Of a stretch of 38,467 nucleotides of DNA, positions 1 to 8,345 are shown one piece after another (the first letter of the stretch is position 1; the number at the start of each line of letters is the position of its first letter). This DNA is from Kofleriaceae bacterium (GTDB lineage Bacteria > Myxococcota_A > Polyangia > Haliangiales > Haliangiaceae), in NCBI GenBank assembly GCA_046597055.1, contig JBKJLC010000127.1, forward strand, positions 1 to 38,467, in the 5' to 3' direction. The notes under the pieces are model-generated. The model saw only the letters and a list, made by a program, of their open reading frames with translations. It had not been told where the DNA came from and searched no databases. Both the position numbers and the translations under genes were made by a program.

Positions 1-177
1 CTCCCGCTGACCGGCGCGGGGCTGATCGGCACGCTCGCGATCGCGACCAGCGCGGCGCTGTCGGGGAGCGGGACTGCCGCCGCGGTCTTCCGCGCGGTCG
101 ACCGGACCGCGCGGGCCCAGTTCCTGCGCGAGCATGGCCGCGCGCTGCCGACCGCGCGCCTGCTCCCGCACCGCTGA
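1..177 (+). CDS. 3' end of hypothetical membrane protein (partial)
   Basis: Frame 1 open from window edge to TGA 175-177 with GC-ending codons; hydrophobic stretch GAGLIGTLAIATSAALS, ends ...RALPTARLLPHR. Confidence 0.6.
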   Translation, partial: LPLTGAGLIGTLAIATSAALSGSGTAAAVFRAVDRTARAQFLREHGRALPTARLLPHR

Positions 178-198
178 CCGGCCGGCCCCTCGACGGCT

Positions 199-227
199 GG
201 CTCGCAACGAGCCCTGCGTGCCGCAGG
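199..227. terminator. Two abutting hairpins between convergent genes (possible terminator)
   Basis: GGCTCG-CAA-CGAGCC and CCTGCG-TGC-CGCAGG; no U-tract. Confidence 0.3.
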
Positions 228-243
228 CGCTCCGACCACCCAG

Positions 244-1191
244 TCAGCGGACGCGCAGCAACCGGAACCGCTCGCACACCACCGGCAGGTCGGGCGTGAA
301 CATCCGGCCGATCGCGGCGCACTCGCGGCCGAAGTAGGCGGCGTGCGCGACCTGGTAGGCGGCCAGCGAGCCGTCGGCCTCGCCCTCGGCGGCGGCCTGC
401 TCGGCGGTGACGTCCGACAAGCGGACGATGCTGACCTCGGTGGTCTCGATCAGGCACACCGGCGTGCCGTCGAGGCGGGTGACGAGGGTCAGGTCGCCCG
501 GGATCGGAACCGGGCGTCGGTGGTGCTCGAGCGCCCACACCAGCGAGGTGGTCGCGGTCTTGGCGCCGCTGGTGACCAGCGCCGCGAGCTGATCGGCCAG
601 CGCCACCGAGTCACCGAACGGGCGCGCGCCCAGCCGGCGCGGCTCGAGCGCGACGCCGTCCGCGGCCAGCTGATCGGCCCACGCGCGGGCGGCGCGGCCG
701 AGCCGGCTGCCGGCGTGGCCATCGTGGTCGCCCTGGGGCCCGAGCGGAACGTCCCGCCACCACCGGTTGACGTCCATCTGCGCCTCCCGCTCGGGGTTGA
801 CCGGGTAGTAGAGCCGGCTCTGGGGCCGGCTGCGTTCGCCGCCGACCAGCAGCAGCGCCTCGCGCTCGCCGTTGTTGAGAAACGCGTGGCAGATGCCGGT
901 CCCGGCCGGAAACGCCGCGAGATCGCCCGCCTTCATCCGGTGCAGGGTGCCGTCGATCCAGGCGTCGATCTCGCCATCGAGCACGTACACGAACTCCTCC
1001 TCGTCGCCCTCGGCGTGCGGATAGGACGTGCGGCGTCCCGGCGGGACCCGCTCGAGGTGCAGGCCGATCCGTTCGAGGCCCGCGGCCTTGCCGATCGCGC
1101 GACCGAACGCGAGTCGCTCGTCGCTCCCAGGATAGGCCCCGTCCTCGTCGGGAACCAGCGCGGTGTCGATGATGAAAGGCGGACGGGTCAT
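244..1191 (-). CDS. Cupin domain + ASCH domain fusion protein
   Basis: Cupin motifs (HAEGDEEEFVYVLDGE; GDLAAFPAGTGICH) at N-terminus; ASCH motifs (FGDS..LADQLAALVTSGAKTATTS; AAAEGEADGSL; VVCERF) at C-terminus; ATG at 1191. Confidence 0.85.
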   Translation of the reverse strand: MTRPPFIIDTALVPDEDGAYPGSDERLAFGRAIGKAAGLERIGLHLERVPPGRRTSYPHAEGDEEEFVYVLDGEIDAWIDGTLHRMKAGDLAAFPAGTGICHAFLNNGEREALLLVGGERSRPQSRLYYPVNPEREAQMDVNRWWRDVPLGPQGDHDGHAGSRLGRAARAWADQLAADGVALEPRRLGARPFGDSVALADQLAALVTSGAKTATTSLVWALEHHRRPVPIPGDLTLVTRLDGTPVCLIETTEVSIVRLSDVTAEQAAAEGEADGSLAAYQVAHAAYFGRECAAIGRMFTPDLPVVCERFRLLRVR

Positions 1192-1219
1192 GGGCAGGAC
1201 CAAGCAGTATCATCTACGG

Positions 1220-1408
1220 ATGGCCGATGAGCGCGCCCTCCTGCACGAGCTGCGCAACATGCTCTCGGTGATGCTCGGCTACGCCGCGATCGCCGATGGC
1301 TCGGGCCTGCTCGATCCGGCGCTGCGCGACGATCTGCTCGCGATGAAGGAGGCCGGGCAGCGGGCGATGGCGATCGTGCGCGAGCTACAGAACCTGCGCG
1401 CGCCGTGA
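1220..1408 (+). CDS. Stand-alone HisKA/DHp-like domain protein (62 aa)
   Basis: MADERALLHELRNMLSVMLGYA resembles an H-box, followed by a second helix; high GC3; TATCAT 6 nt upstream of ATG. Confidence 0.7.
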   Translation: MADERALLHELRNMLSVMLGYAAIADGSGLLDPALRDDLLAMKEAGQRAMAIVRELQNLRAP

Positions 1409-2149
1409 CAGCGCCTCGAGCACCTCGGTCGTGACCATCTCGGCCAGGCGCGCGAGTTGGTCGTCGCCGTGGGTCGCGGTCGCCGCCGCCGGCGCGCCGG
1501 CATAGGCGCGATCGAGCCCCATCGCCGCGAACGTGGTGACCCCGGCGCCCAGGCGCTCCGACAGGCTGACCGGCACCGGCGGCAGCGCGGCCCGGGCCGC
1601 CTCGTCGACCAGCCCGGGCGCAGCCGCGAGCACGATCGCGGTCTCGTACTCGCCGGCATGGCACGCGCCGCTCTTGAACTCGGACGACAGCGTGCGCGCC
1701 CAGCGCCGGGTCAGCGGGCACGCGACCGACACGTCGGCGCGACCGGCCGCGGCGGCCCGCACCGCCGCGTCTTGGGCCGGCTCGAGATGATTGTTGACCA
1801 GGCACACGTGGGCCAGACCCTGGGCCAGGAGCCCGTCGGCGACCGCGGCCAGGTAGCCGGTGAGCACCGCGGCCGGCACCGACACCGCCCCGGCGAAGCC
1901 GACCGCGCAGTCGGTGACGCCGTACGGGATCGCGGGCGCGACCACCGCGACCACGCCGGCGGCGGCCAGGGTCGCCACCGCCCGGTCGCACGCTGCCTGC
2001 GAGATCACGACGTCGGTCGCCAGCGGCAGGTGCGGGCCGTGCGGCTCGGTCGAGCCGACCGGCACCAGCGCGACCACCGGCGCGGGCCCGGCCAGGAGCG
2101 CGGCCAGGCGGGTGGTGGTGAGCGACCCGAGCTGCGTCACGCCGGTCAC
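1385..2149 (-). CDS. Creatininase-family amidohydrolase
   Basis: PVGSTEPHGPHLPLATD, VNNH and HAGEYET motifs; GTG start overlaps upstream TGA (GTGA). Confidence 0.9.
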   Translation of the reverse strand: MTGVTQLGSLTTTRLAALLAGPAPVVALVPVGSTEPHGPHLPLATDVVISQAACDRAVATLAAAGVVAVVAPAIPYGVTDCAVGFAGAVSVPAAVLTGYLAAVADGLLAQGLAHVCLVNNHLEPAQDAAVRAAAAGRADVSVACPLTRRWARTLSSEFKSGACHAGEYETAIVLAAAPGLVDEAARAALPPVPVSLSERLGAGVTTFAAMGLDRAYAGAPAAATATHGDDQLARLAEMVTTEVLEALSRRAQVL

Positions 2150-3849
2150 CCCTCTCCGGGCAGCGCGCCGGCGGCGTCGCGCTCGGCCAGCAGCTTCTTG
2201 TCGACCTTGCCGCGGTCGTTGCGCGGCAGCTCGTCGACGAACACGATCCAGCGCGGATACTTGTGCTTCGACAGCCGGGTCCGCACGTGCTCCTTGAGCG
2301 CGGCGCGCAGGGCGGCGCGCCCGGCCGCGGTCGCCACCGCGGCGCGCGCCTCGGGCCGCACCACCACGATCGCCTTGGGCTTGACCAGGCCGTCCTCGCC
2401 GGCCCCGATCACCGCCGCCGCCGACACCGCGGCGTGGCCACACAGGCAGTCCTCGACCTCGAGCGGCGCGACGAACACGCCGCCGACCTTGAGCAGATCG
2501 TCGGCGCGGCCGCTGAACCACAGGTAGCCGTGCGCGTCGATGCGGAACAGGTCGCCGGTGCGGCACCAGTGGCCGTGAAAGGTCGCCCAGCTCTTGTCGC
2601 GATCCTGCCAGTAGCCTTGCGCGACGCTGTCGCCCTTGACCCACAGCACGCCGATCTCGCCGGTCGGCATCGGCGCCGCGCCGGCGCCGGTGGCGTCCTC
2701 GGGCAGGATGCGCAGCTGGTAGCCGGGCACCGCGCGCCCGAGCGAGCCGGCGCGCACGTCGCCGGGCCGGTTGGAGCAGTAGATGTGGAACATCTCGGCC
2801 GAGCCGATGCCGTCGTAGACCGCGCCGCCGAAGCGGACCAGGAAGCGCTCGAGCAAGGCCGGCGGCAGCGCCTCGCCGGCCGACAGGTGGAAGCGCACGC
2901 ACGACAGATCGAGCCCGGGCTCGCCGCGCGCGCGCCGCTCGTCGTCGGCGTCGAGCAGCTTGCCGAGCATGGTCGGCACGTTGGTGACGATGGTCGGTCG
3001 GTAGCGCGCGATCGCCGCGGCCAGGCTGTCGGGCGTCGGCCGCTCGGGGAACAGGCACACGGTGGCGCCCACCGCGAACGGGAACCACAGGTTGGTGCCG
3101 GTCGCGTAGCCGAAGAACAGGCGCGGCACGCTGACGGTCACGTCGTCGGCGCGGTAGCCCACGGTCTGCTTGGCGTAGACCTCGGTGTTGAACGCGAAGT
3201 CGCGGTGGCAGTGCATCGCCGCCTTGGGCTTGCCGGTCGAGCCCGAGGTGAACAGCCACACCGCCGGGTCGTCGCGATGGGTGCGGACCCGGCCGGCGTC
3301 GGCGGCCAGCGCGCCGCCCCGCTCGATCGCGACGGTCAGCGGCAGCCACGGCTGGCCGCTCGCGACCAGGGCCGGCCCGGCCGGGGCCAGCGCCTCGGGA
3401 TCGTCGTCGAGGCCGGCGTCGGGGCACAGCAGCAGCTCGGCGACGCCGGTGCCGGCCAGCTCGGGCGCGAGCGCCTCGGCGACCGCGGGCGTGGTGACCA
3501 CCACCCGGGCCCCGACGTAGCGGATCACGTGGGCGAGGTCAGTCGCCGGCGCGATCGGGTTGCCCATGGTGACCACGCCACCGGCGGTCAGGGTCGCGAA
3601 GATCGCCCACGCGAACGGCGGCAGGTCGGGCAACACGATGTAGACCCGCTCGCCCGGGCGCAGGCCGCGGCTGGCGAGGTGCGCGGCCAGCGCGCGGCTG
3701 CGGGCCGCGACCTCGGCGTAGGTCCAGGCCCGGTCGCCCAGGCGGATGGCGACCTTGGCGCCCAGGCCGGCGCCGAGCCGGTCGTACAGCCAGTAGTCGG
3801 CCAGGTTGAAGTCGTCCGGGAACCGGACAGTCGGGTCGGCGCTGGTCAC
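2146..3849 (-). CDS. Benzoate/aminobenzoate-CoA ligase family protein
   Basis: FTSGSTGKPK AMP-binding motif, RLFFGYATG, SAGEALP, DGIGSAEMFHIY, TGD, GRADD..KVGG, PRNDRGK. Confidence 0.92.
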   Translation of the reverse strand: MTSADPTVRFPDDFNLADYWLYDRLGAGLGAKVAIRLGDRAWTYAEVAARSRALAAHLASRGLRPGERVYIVLPDLPPFAWAIFATLTAGGVVTMGNPIAPATDLAHVIRYVGARVVVTTPAVAEALAPELAGTGVAELLLCPDAGLDDDPEALAPAGPALVASGQPWLPLTVAIERGGALAADAGRVRTHRDDPAVWLFTSGSTGKPKAAMHCHRDFAFNTEVYAKQTVGYRADDVTVSVPRLFFGYATGTNLWFPFAVGATVCLFPERPTPDSLAAAIARYRPTIVTNVPTMLGKLLDADDERRARGEPGLDLSCVRFHLSAGEALPPALLERFLVRFGGAVYDGIGSAEMFHIYCSNRPGDVRAGSLGRAVPGYQLRILPEDATGAGAAPMPTGEIGVLWVKGDSVAQGYWQDRDKSWATFHGHWCRTGDLFRIDAHGYLWFSGRADDLLKVGGVFVAPLEVEDCLCGHAAVSAAAVIGAGEDGLVKPKAIVVVRPEARAAVATAAGRAALRAALKEHVRTRLSKHKYPRWIVFVDELPRNDRGKVDKKLLAERDAAGALPGEG

Positions 3850-5009
3850 GACCCACCGCCCTGGGCGATCGCGCGCCCGATGATCGTCCGCTGGATCTCG
3901 CTGGTGCCCTCGTAGATGCGGAGCGGCCGGATCGCCCGGTACAGGTGCTCGACCACCGCGCCCCGCATCACGCCGCGTCCGCCGAGCAGCTGCACGGCCC
4001 GGTCGATCACGTCCTGGGCGGCCTCGGTCGCGTGCAGCTTGGCCATCGAGACCTCGACCGTGGTGCGGGCCGCGCCGTGGTCGCGCAGGTACGCGGCGCG
4101 CAGCGCGAGCAGCCGCGACGCGTCGATCTGGGTCGCCATGTCGGCGAGGTGGGCCTGGACCAGGGGCTGCTCGGCCAGCGGCTTGCCGAACTGGCGGCGG
4201 GCCCGGACGTGGCGCACCGCCTCGTCGAGCGCGCGCCGCGCCATGCCGACCGCGGCGGCTGCGACCGACACCCGGAAGGTATCGAGCGTGGCCATCGCCA
4301 GCTTGAAGCCGGCGCCGAGCTCGCCGATCCGCGCGCTGTGCGGGATCGGCGCCTGCCGCAGCACCAGCCGGCCCAACGGGTGGCCGGCGATCGGCTCCTG
4401 GGCCACGATCTCGAGGCCGGGCCCGTCGAGCGGCACCCAGTACGCGCTGATCGCGGCGCGGCCCCGGCTCGGGTCGGTGGTGGCGAACACGGTCGCGTGG
4501 GTGGCGATGCCGAGGTTCGAGATGAACATCTTCTCGCCGTCGAGGGCGACGCCGTCACCGTCGGTCACCGCCCGCGTCGCCAGCGCGGCGACGTCGCTGC
4601 CGGCCTCGGGCTCGGTGAGCGCGAACGCCGCGATCCGCGCGCCGCATGCGAACGCCGGCAGCGCGGCGCGCTGGGCGTCGGTGCCGGCCACCAGCAGCGG
4701 AAAGGTGCCGAGCCCCTGGACCGCGAAGATCGAATCGGCCCGCGGCGACACCCAGCCGAGCAGCTCGCGGGCCAGGCACAGCGCGCGCGCGCTGATCGCG
4801 TCGGGCCGGCCGCTGGCCGGCGCCACCAGCTCGAACAGGCCATGGGCAGCGAGCGCCGCGACCGCGGCCCGGTTCCGCGCGGGCTCGTCGGCGGCGGCTT
4901 CGGCGGCCGCGATCGCGGGGGCCGCCGCGCGCAGCCGCGCCGCCAGCGCGTGGTGCTCGTCGGCGAAGAACCACGGCAGGTCGTCGGTCGACAGCGGGTA
5001 GGCGGTCAT
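3846..5009 (-). CDS. Acyl-CoA dehydrogenase
   Basis: AFALTEPEAGSD, GEKMFISN, RRQFGKPL, AVQLLGGRG, IYEGTSEIQR; ATGA overlap with upstream gene. Confidence 0.93.
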   Translation of the reverse strand: MTAYPLSTDDLPWFFADEHHALAARLRAAAPAIAAAEAAADEPARNRAAVAALAAHGLFELVAPASGRPDAISARALCLARELLGWVSPRADSIFAVQGLGTFPLLVAGTDAQRAALPAFACGARIAAFALTEPEAGSDVAALATRAVTDGDGVALDGEKMFISNLGIATHATVFATTDPSRGRAAISAYWVPLDGPGLEIVAQEPIAGHPLGRLVLRQAPIPHSARIGELGAGFKLAMATLDTFRVSVAAAAVGMARRALDEAVRHVRARRQFGKPLAEQPLVQAHLADMATQIDASRLLALRAAYLRDHGAARTTVEVSMAKLHATEAAQDVIDRAVQLLGGRGVMRGAVVEHLYRAIRPLRIYEGTSEIQRTIIGRAIAQGGGS

Positions 5010-5845
5010 GCGACCTCGCCCTCGGTGACCGGCGCGGGCGCACCGACGAAGGCGGGGGGCCGCTTGGCCTTGAACGCGGCGTGGGCCTCCGCGAAGTCGG
5101 GGTGTTGCATGCACAGGGCCTGGGCTTGGGCCTCGGCCTCGATCGCATCGGCCAGGCCCATGCGGGCCTCGCTCTCGAGCATCTGCTTGGTCATCGCGTG
5201 CGCGAAGGCGGGCCCGGCGGCCAGCCGCGCCGCCCACGCCTGCGCCAGCGCGCGGGCGGCGTCGCCGTCGACGACCACGCGGTTCACGAACCCGATCTGC
5301 AGCGCACGCTCGGCGTCGAAGACGTCGCCGAAGAACAGGATCTCGGACGCGTGGGCGAGCCCGACCAGCCGCGGCAGCAGGTACGAGGCGCCCATGTCGG
5401 CGCCCGACAGCCCGACCCGCGGGAAGATGAAGCCGAACTTCGCGCCGGCGGCGGCGATCCGCAGGTCGCACGCGGCGGCGATCACCGCGCCGGCCCCGAC
5501 CGCGACCCCGTTGATCGCCGCGATCACCGGGCGCCGGCAGCGCCGGATCGACGCGATGAGTCGACCGGTCGCGCGGGTGAACGCGAGCAGGGTCGGCGTG
5601 TCCTTGCCGAGCAGGTGATGGATGATGTCGTCCTGGTCGCCGCCCGAGCAGAAGCCGCGGCCGGCGCCGGTGATCACGACCGCGCGGACCTCGTCGAAGC
5701 GGTCGAGCGCCTCGAAGGTCTCGGCCAGCTCCTGGTAGATGTCGAACGTCAGCGCGTTCAGGCGATCGGGGCGGTCGAGGGTGATGGTGGCGACGCCGCG
5801 GGCGACCGCGAAGCCGAACCAGCGGGGTGAGGGCAGCTCGGACAT
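5006..5845 (-). CDS. Enoyl-CoA hydratase/isomerase family protein
   Basis: ITLDRPDRLNAL, GRGFCSGGD, PVIAAINGVAVGAG, ACDLRIAA; start MSELP at 5845. Confidence 0.92.
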   Translation of the reverse strand: MSELPSPRWFGFAVARGVATITLDRPDRLNALTFDIYQELAETFEALDRFDEVRAVVITGAGRGFCSGGDQDDIIHHLLGKDTPTLLAFTRATGRLIASIRRCRRPVIAAINGVAVGAGAVIAAACDLRIAAAGAKFGFIFPRVGLSGADMGASYLLPRLVGLAHASEILFFGDVFDAERALQIGFVNRVVVDGDAARALAQAWAARLAAGPAFAHAMTKQMLESEARMGLADAIEAEAQAQALCMQHPDFAEAHAAFKAKRPPAFVGAPAPVTEGEVA

Positions 5846-6000
5846 GCCGCGTCTTAGCATGGAGGCCGCGCCCCCCGGTCCGAGGGGGCGCCGCTCCCAG
5901 GCGACTTCGGTAGCCAGTGTGGGCCCGAACGAAGGCTGCGGATTTGTTGGCTGGTTTTTCGCGTTCGCGCAGGCACTTGCTGGCACCCGCGATCGGACGA

Positions 6001-6016
6001 CGGCCCAGGGTTTGCT
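6001..6016 (+). promoter_or_regulatory. Possible sigma54 (-24/-12) promoter
   Basis: CGGCCCA-GGGT-TTGCT (GG-N10-GC) just upstream of the start at 6029. Confidence 0.35.
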
Positions 6017-6028
6017 CGACGGACAGGG

Positions 6029-7807
6029 GTGATGACCCCCGCGCCGGCCGCCCTGCCCCCGCCCTCCACGTTCTCCGACCGGTTCTGGGCGCTCGCGGCC
6101 GCGCCCGAGGTCCCCGACGACCTGCCCGAGCCGTTGCGGTCGATCGTCATCATCCGCCACTTCCTGGCGGTGCTCGATCACCTGGCGCAGTCGGGTCGGC
6201 GCGCGGTGCCGGCGCTCGGCGCGATCCTCCGCGCGGCCGAGCTCGAAGGCTGCCTGTCGTACGCGTCGCCCGAGCAGCTGCGCGGCGAGCCGCTCGACAC
6301 CCGCTCGGTCGTGTTCACGCTGGGCGTGGTGCTGACCGAGCGCCTGGCCGGTCGCCACCCGTTCGGCGCCGAGAACAACCGGCCGCGGCGGGTCGAGCGC
6401 CTGCGCAAGGGCGAGTACGGCTCGGGCGTGAACAGCTTCCCGACCATCGCCGGCAACCTGCGCGCGGTGCTGGTGCGCGCGATGAGCCCGTTCCCCGAGG
6501 AGCGCTGGCCCGATCTGCGGCCGATGCGCGACCTGCTCGCGCAGTTCCTCGCCGCGGAGGCGCCGCCGCCGCGCCTGCCCGGGACCGCGACCGACACCGC
6601 GCCCGAGACCACCCGCGTGGTCCGCCGGCCGACCGACTTCGGTCGCGAGCTGATGAACGTCGTCGCGCGCCACGAGCCGCGCCCGACCCACCTACGACCG
6701 GCGACCTGGCCCGCCAACCCGACGCCGACCACGCCCCAGCCGCCGGTTCGGCCGCAGGCAGGCGCCACCGCGCGCTTCGGCGTGGTCCCGCTGCGGCCCC
6801 CCGCCCCGCCCCGACTGGTCACGGACCTGCCGCCGTCCGACGAGAGCGTGGTCACCCGCGTCCACGAGGGCGTGCATGACCGGCCCCCGCGTCGGTCGAG
6901 CCCGCGCCAGACCGGCCGCAACCCGGTCCTGCCGCGGCTGGTCTCGCAGGTCGATCCGCTGGCCGAGACGGTCGTGCTCTCGATCGAGGATCTCGACGAC
7001 GACCGCGCGCCGTCGAGCGCGGAGGTGCTGCCGCCGATCGCGCTGCCGCCGACCGCGCCGCCGCGCCTGCCGCCGGCCGGGCCGGTCGCAGCCCGGCTGG
7101 TCGCCGCCCGCGTGGTCATCGACAAGCCGGTCGCGGTGACGTTCACCGGGTCGACCGGGGCTGCCAGCGCGGACGAGCCGGGCACCCAGCTGCCCACCAG
7201 CCGCGCGACCGGGTTCGACCCCGGCGCGGTCGACCTGCGGCCCCGGTCGCGCTCGCGCACCCTCGCGTTCGGACTGGCCTCGGCCGCGGTCGGCGCGACC
7301 GCAGCCGCGATCGCCGTGATGCTGCTGCAGGCGCAGCCGGCGCCGGTCGCGGCCGGCGCGGCCACGACCGCCGCGCCCACCTCGGTCGAGCCCGCGGCCG
7401 CACCGACCACGCCGAGCCCGGCGACCGCCCCGACCGTCGCCATCCCGGCCACGCCGGCCGTCCCAGCGGCTGCGGCCGCACCGGCGCCCGCGCCGCGCAC
7501 GTCGGCGCCTGCGGTGGTGGCCCTGCCGCCGTCCGCCGCGCCGTTCGCCGACGCGACCGTCGGGCTGGCGACCGCGATCACCCCGTGCCTGCCCGGCCGC
7601 GGCGCGCACTCGACCGTCTTCGGCCTCACGGTGGTCCCGCGCAAGGACGGCGCGCGCGCCTACTTCGGCGCCGACAGCCTCACCCCGCACGAGCGCGGCT
7701 GCATCGTCACCGCGGTGCGCAGCGCCGGCGAGGTCACCGGCACCGCCACCACCTACACCGTGCGCGCCGATGGCCACGGCGTGGCGGTCACCGCCCGCGG
7801 GCACTGA
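6029..7807 (+). CDS. Membrane-anchored pseudokinase (Ser/Thr kinase C-lobe remnant, Pro-rich linker, TM helix, small C-terminal domain)
   Basis: SYASPEQLRGEPLDTRSVVFTLGVVLTERLAGRHPF and RAMSPFPEERW match kinase subdomains VIII-XI; no G-loop, VAIK, HRD or DFG; TM LAFGLASAAVGATAAAIAVMLL. Confidence 0.75.
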   Translation: MMTPAPAALPPPSTFSDRFWALAAAPEVPDDLPEPLRSIVIIRHFLAVLDHLAQSGRRAVPALGAILRAAELEGCLSYASPEQLRGEPLDTRSVVFTLGVVLTERLAGRHPFGAENNRPRRVERLRKGEYGSGVNSFPTIAGNLRAVLVRAMSPFPEERWPDLRPMRDLLAQFLAAEAPPPRLPGTATDTAPETTRVVRRPTDFGRELMNVVARHEPRPTHLRPATWPANPTPTTPQPPVRPQAGATARFGVVPLRPPAPPRLVTDLPPSDESVVTRVHEGVHDRPPRRSSPRQTGRNPVLPRLVSQVDPLAETVVLSIEDLDDDRAPSSAEVLPPIALPPTAPPRLPPAGPVAARLVAARVVIDKPVAVTFTGSTGAASADEPGTQLPTSRATGFDPGAVDLRPRSRSRTLAFGLASAAVGATAAAIAVMLLQAQPAPVAAGAATTAAPTSVEPAAAPTTPSPATAPTVAIPATPAVPAAAAAPAPAPRTSAPAVVALPPSAAPFADATVGLATAITPCLPGRGAHSTVFGLTVVPRKDGARAYFGADSLTPHERGCIVTAVRSAGEVTGTATTYTVRADGHGVAVTARGH

Positions 7808-7869
7808 CCGACCGCCGCCAACGGCGTCAGAGGGTGTGACGCATTCGCTTCCCACCCTCTCTTTCGATC

Positions 7870-7900
7870 GATCGGCCGCGGCCCGGGGCCGCGGCCGATC
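7870..7900. terminator. Perfect 14-bp GC hairpin between convergent genes
   Basis: GATCGGCCGCGGCC-CGG-GGCCGCGGCCGATC. Confidence 0.5.
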
Positions 7901-7909
7901 TGTACGGAT

Positions 7910-7939
7910 CCTGAGCCGCCTCGCTCCGCTCGGCTCAGG
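7910..7939. repeat. REP-like hairpin
   Basis: CCTGAGCCG-CCTCGCTCCGCT-CGGCTCAGG; arms recur at 14641/14747 and the loop recurs at 22112. Confidence 0.45.
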
Positions 7940-8345
7940 TCAGGACCGCGTACGCCTGGATCTCGACCTTGGCGCGCGGCTCGACCAGGCCGGTGACGCC
8001 GAGCAGCGCCATCGCCGGATAGTGCTTGCCCATGTGGGCCCGCCACGCCGCGCCGACCGCCTTGAGCTGGGTGCGGTACGCGTCGAGGTCGGTGACGTAC
8101 ACCGTCATCGACGTGATGTGCTCGGCGTCGCCGCCGGCCGCGCGCACGACCGCCAGCACGTTGGCGAGCGCCTGGCCGAACTGCACCGCGAGGTCGTCGG
8201 ATCCGAACACGCCCGGCTGCTCCCAGCCGATCTGGCCCGCGACGAACAGGACCCGGCCCTCGCCGATCATCCCGTTGGCGTAGCCGCGCGGCGGCATCCA
8301 GCCCGGCACCACCACCGGCGTCGGCGGCAGCGGCTTGGCGCTCAC
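7935..8345 (-). CDS. RidA/YjgF family protein
   Basis: PRGYANG, VLFVAGQIG, QALANVLAVV, HYPAMALLGVTGLVEPRAKVEIQA; GTGA overlap with SDR stop. Confidence 0.9.
   Translation of the reverse strand: MSAKPLPPTPVVVPGWMPPRGYANGMIGEGRVLFVAGQIGWEQPGVFGSDDLAVQFGQALANVLAVVRAAGGDAEHITSMTVYVTDLDAYRTQLKAVGAAWRAHMGKHYPAMALLGVTGLVEPRAKVEIQAYAVLT

Noticed and set aside
1385..3427. Extended N-termini in the ORF track (also 3846-5471, 5006-6691, 7935-8804, 22132-23211, 36002-38344)
   Set aside because: Extensions overlap neighbouring genes out of frame; starts trimmed using motifs, SD sites or stop-start overlaps
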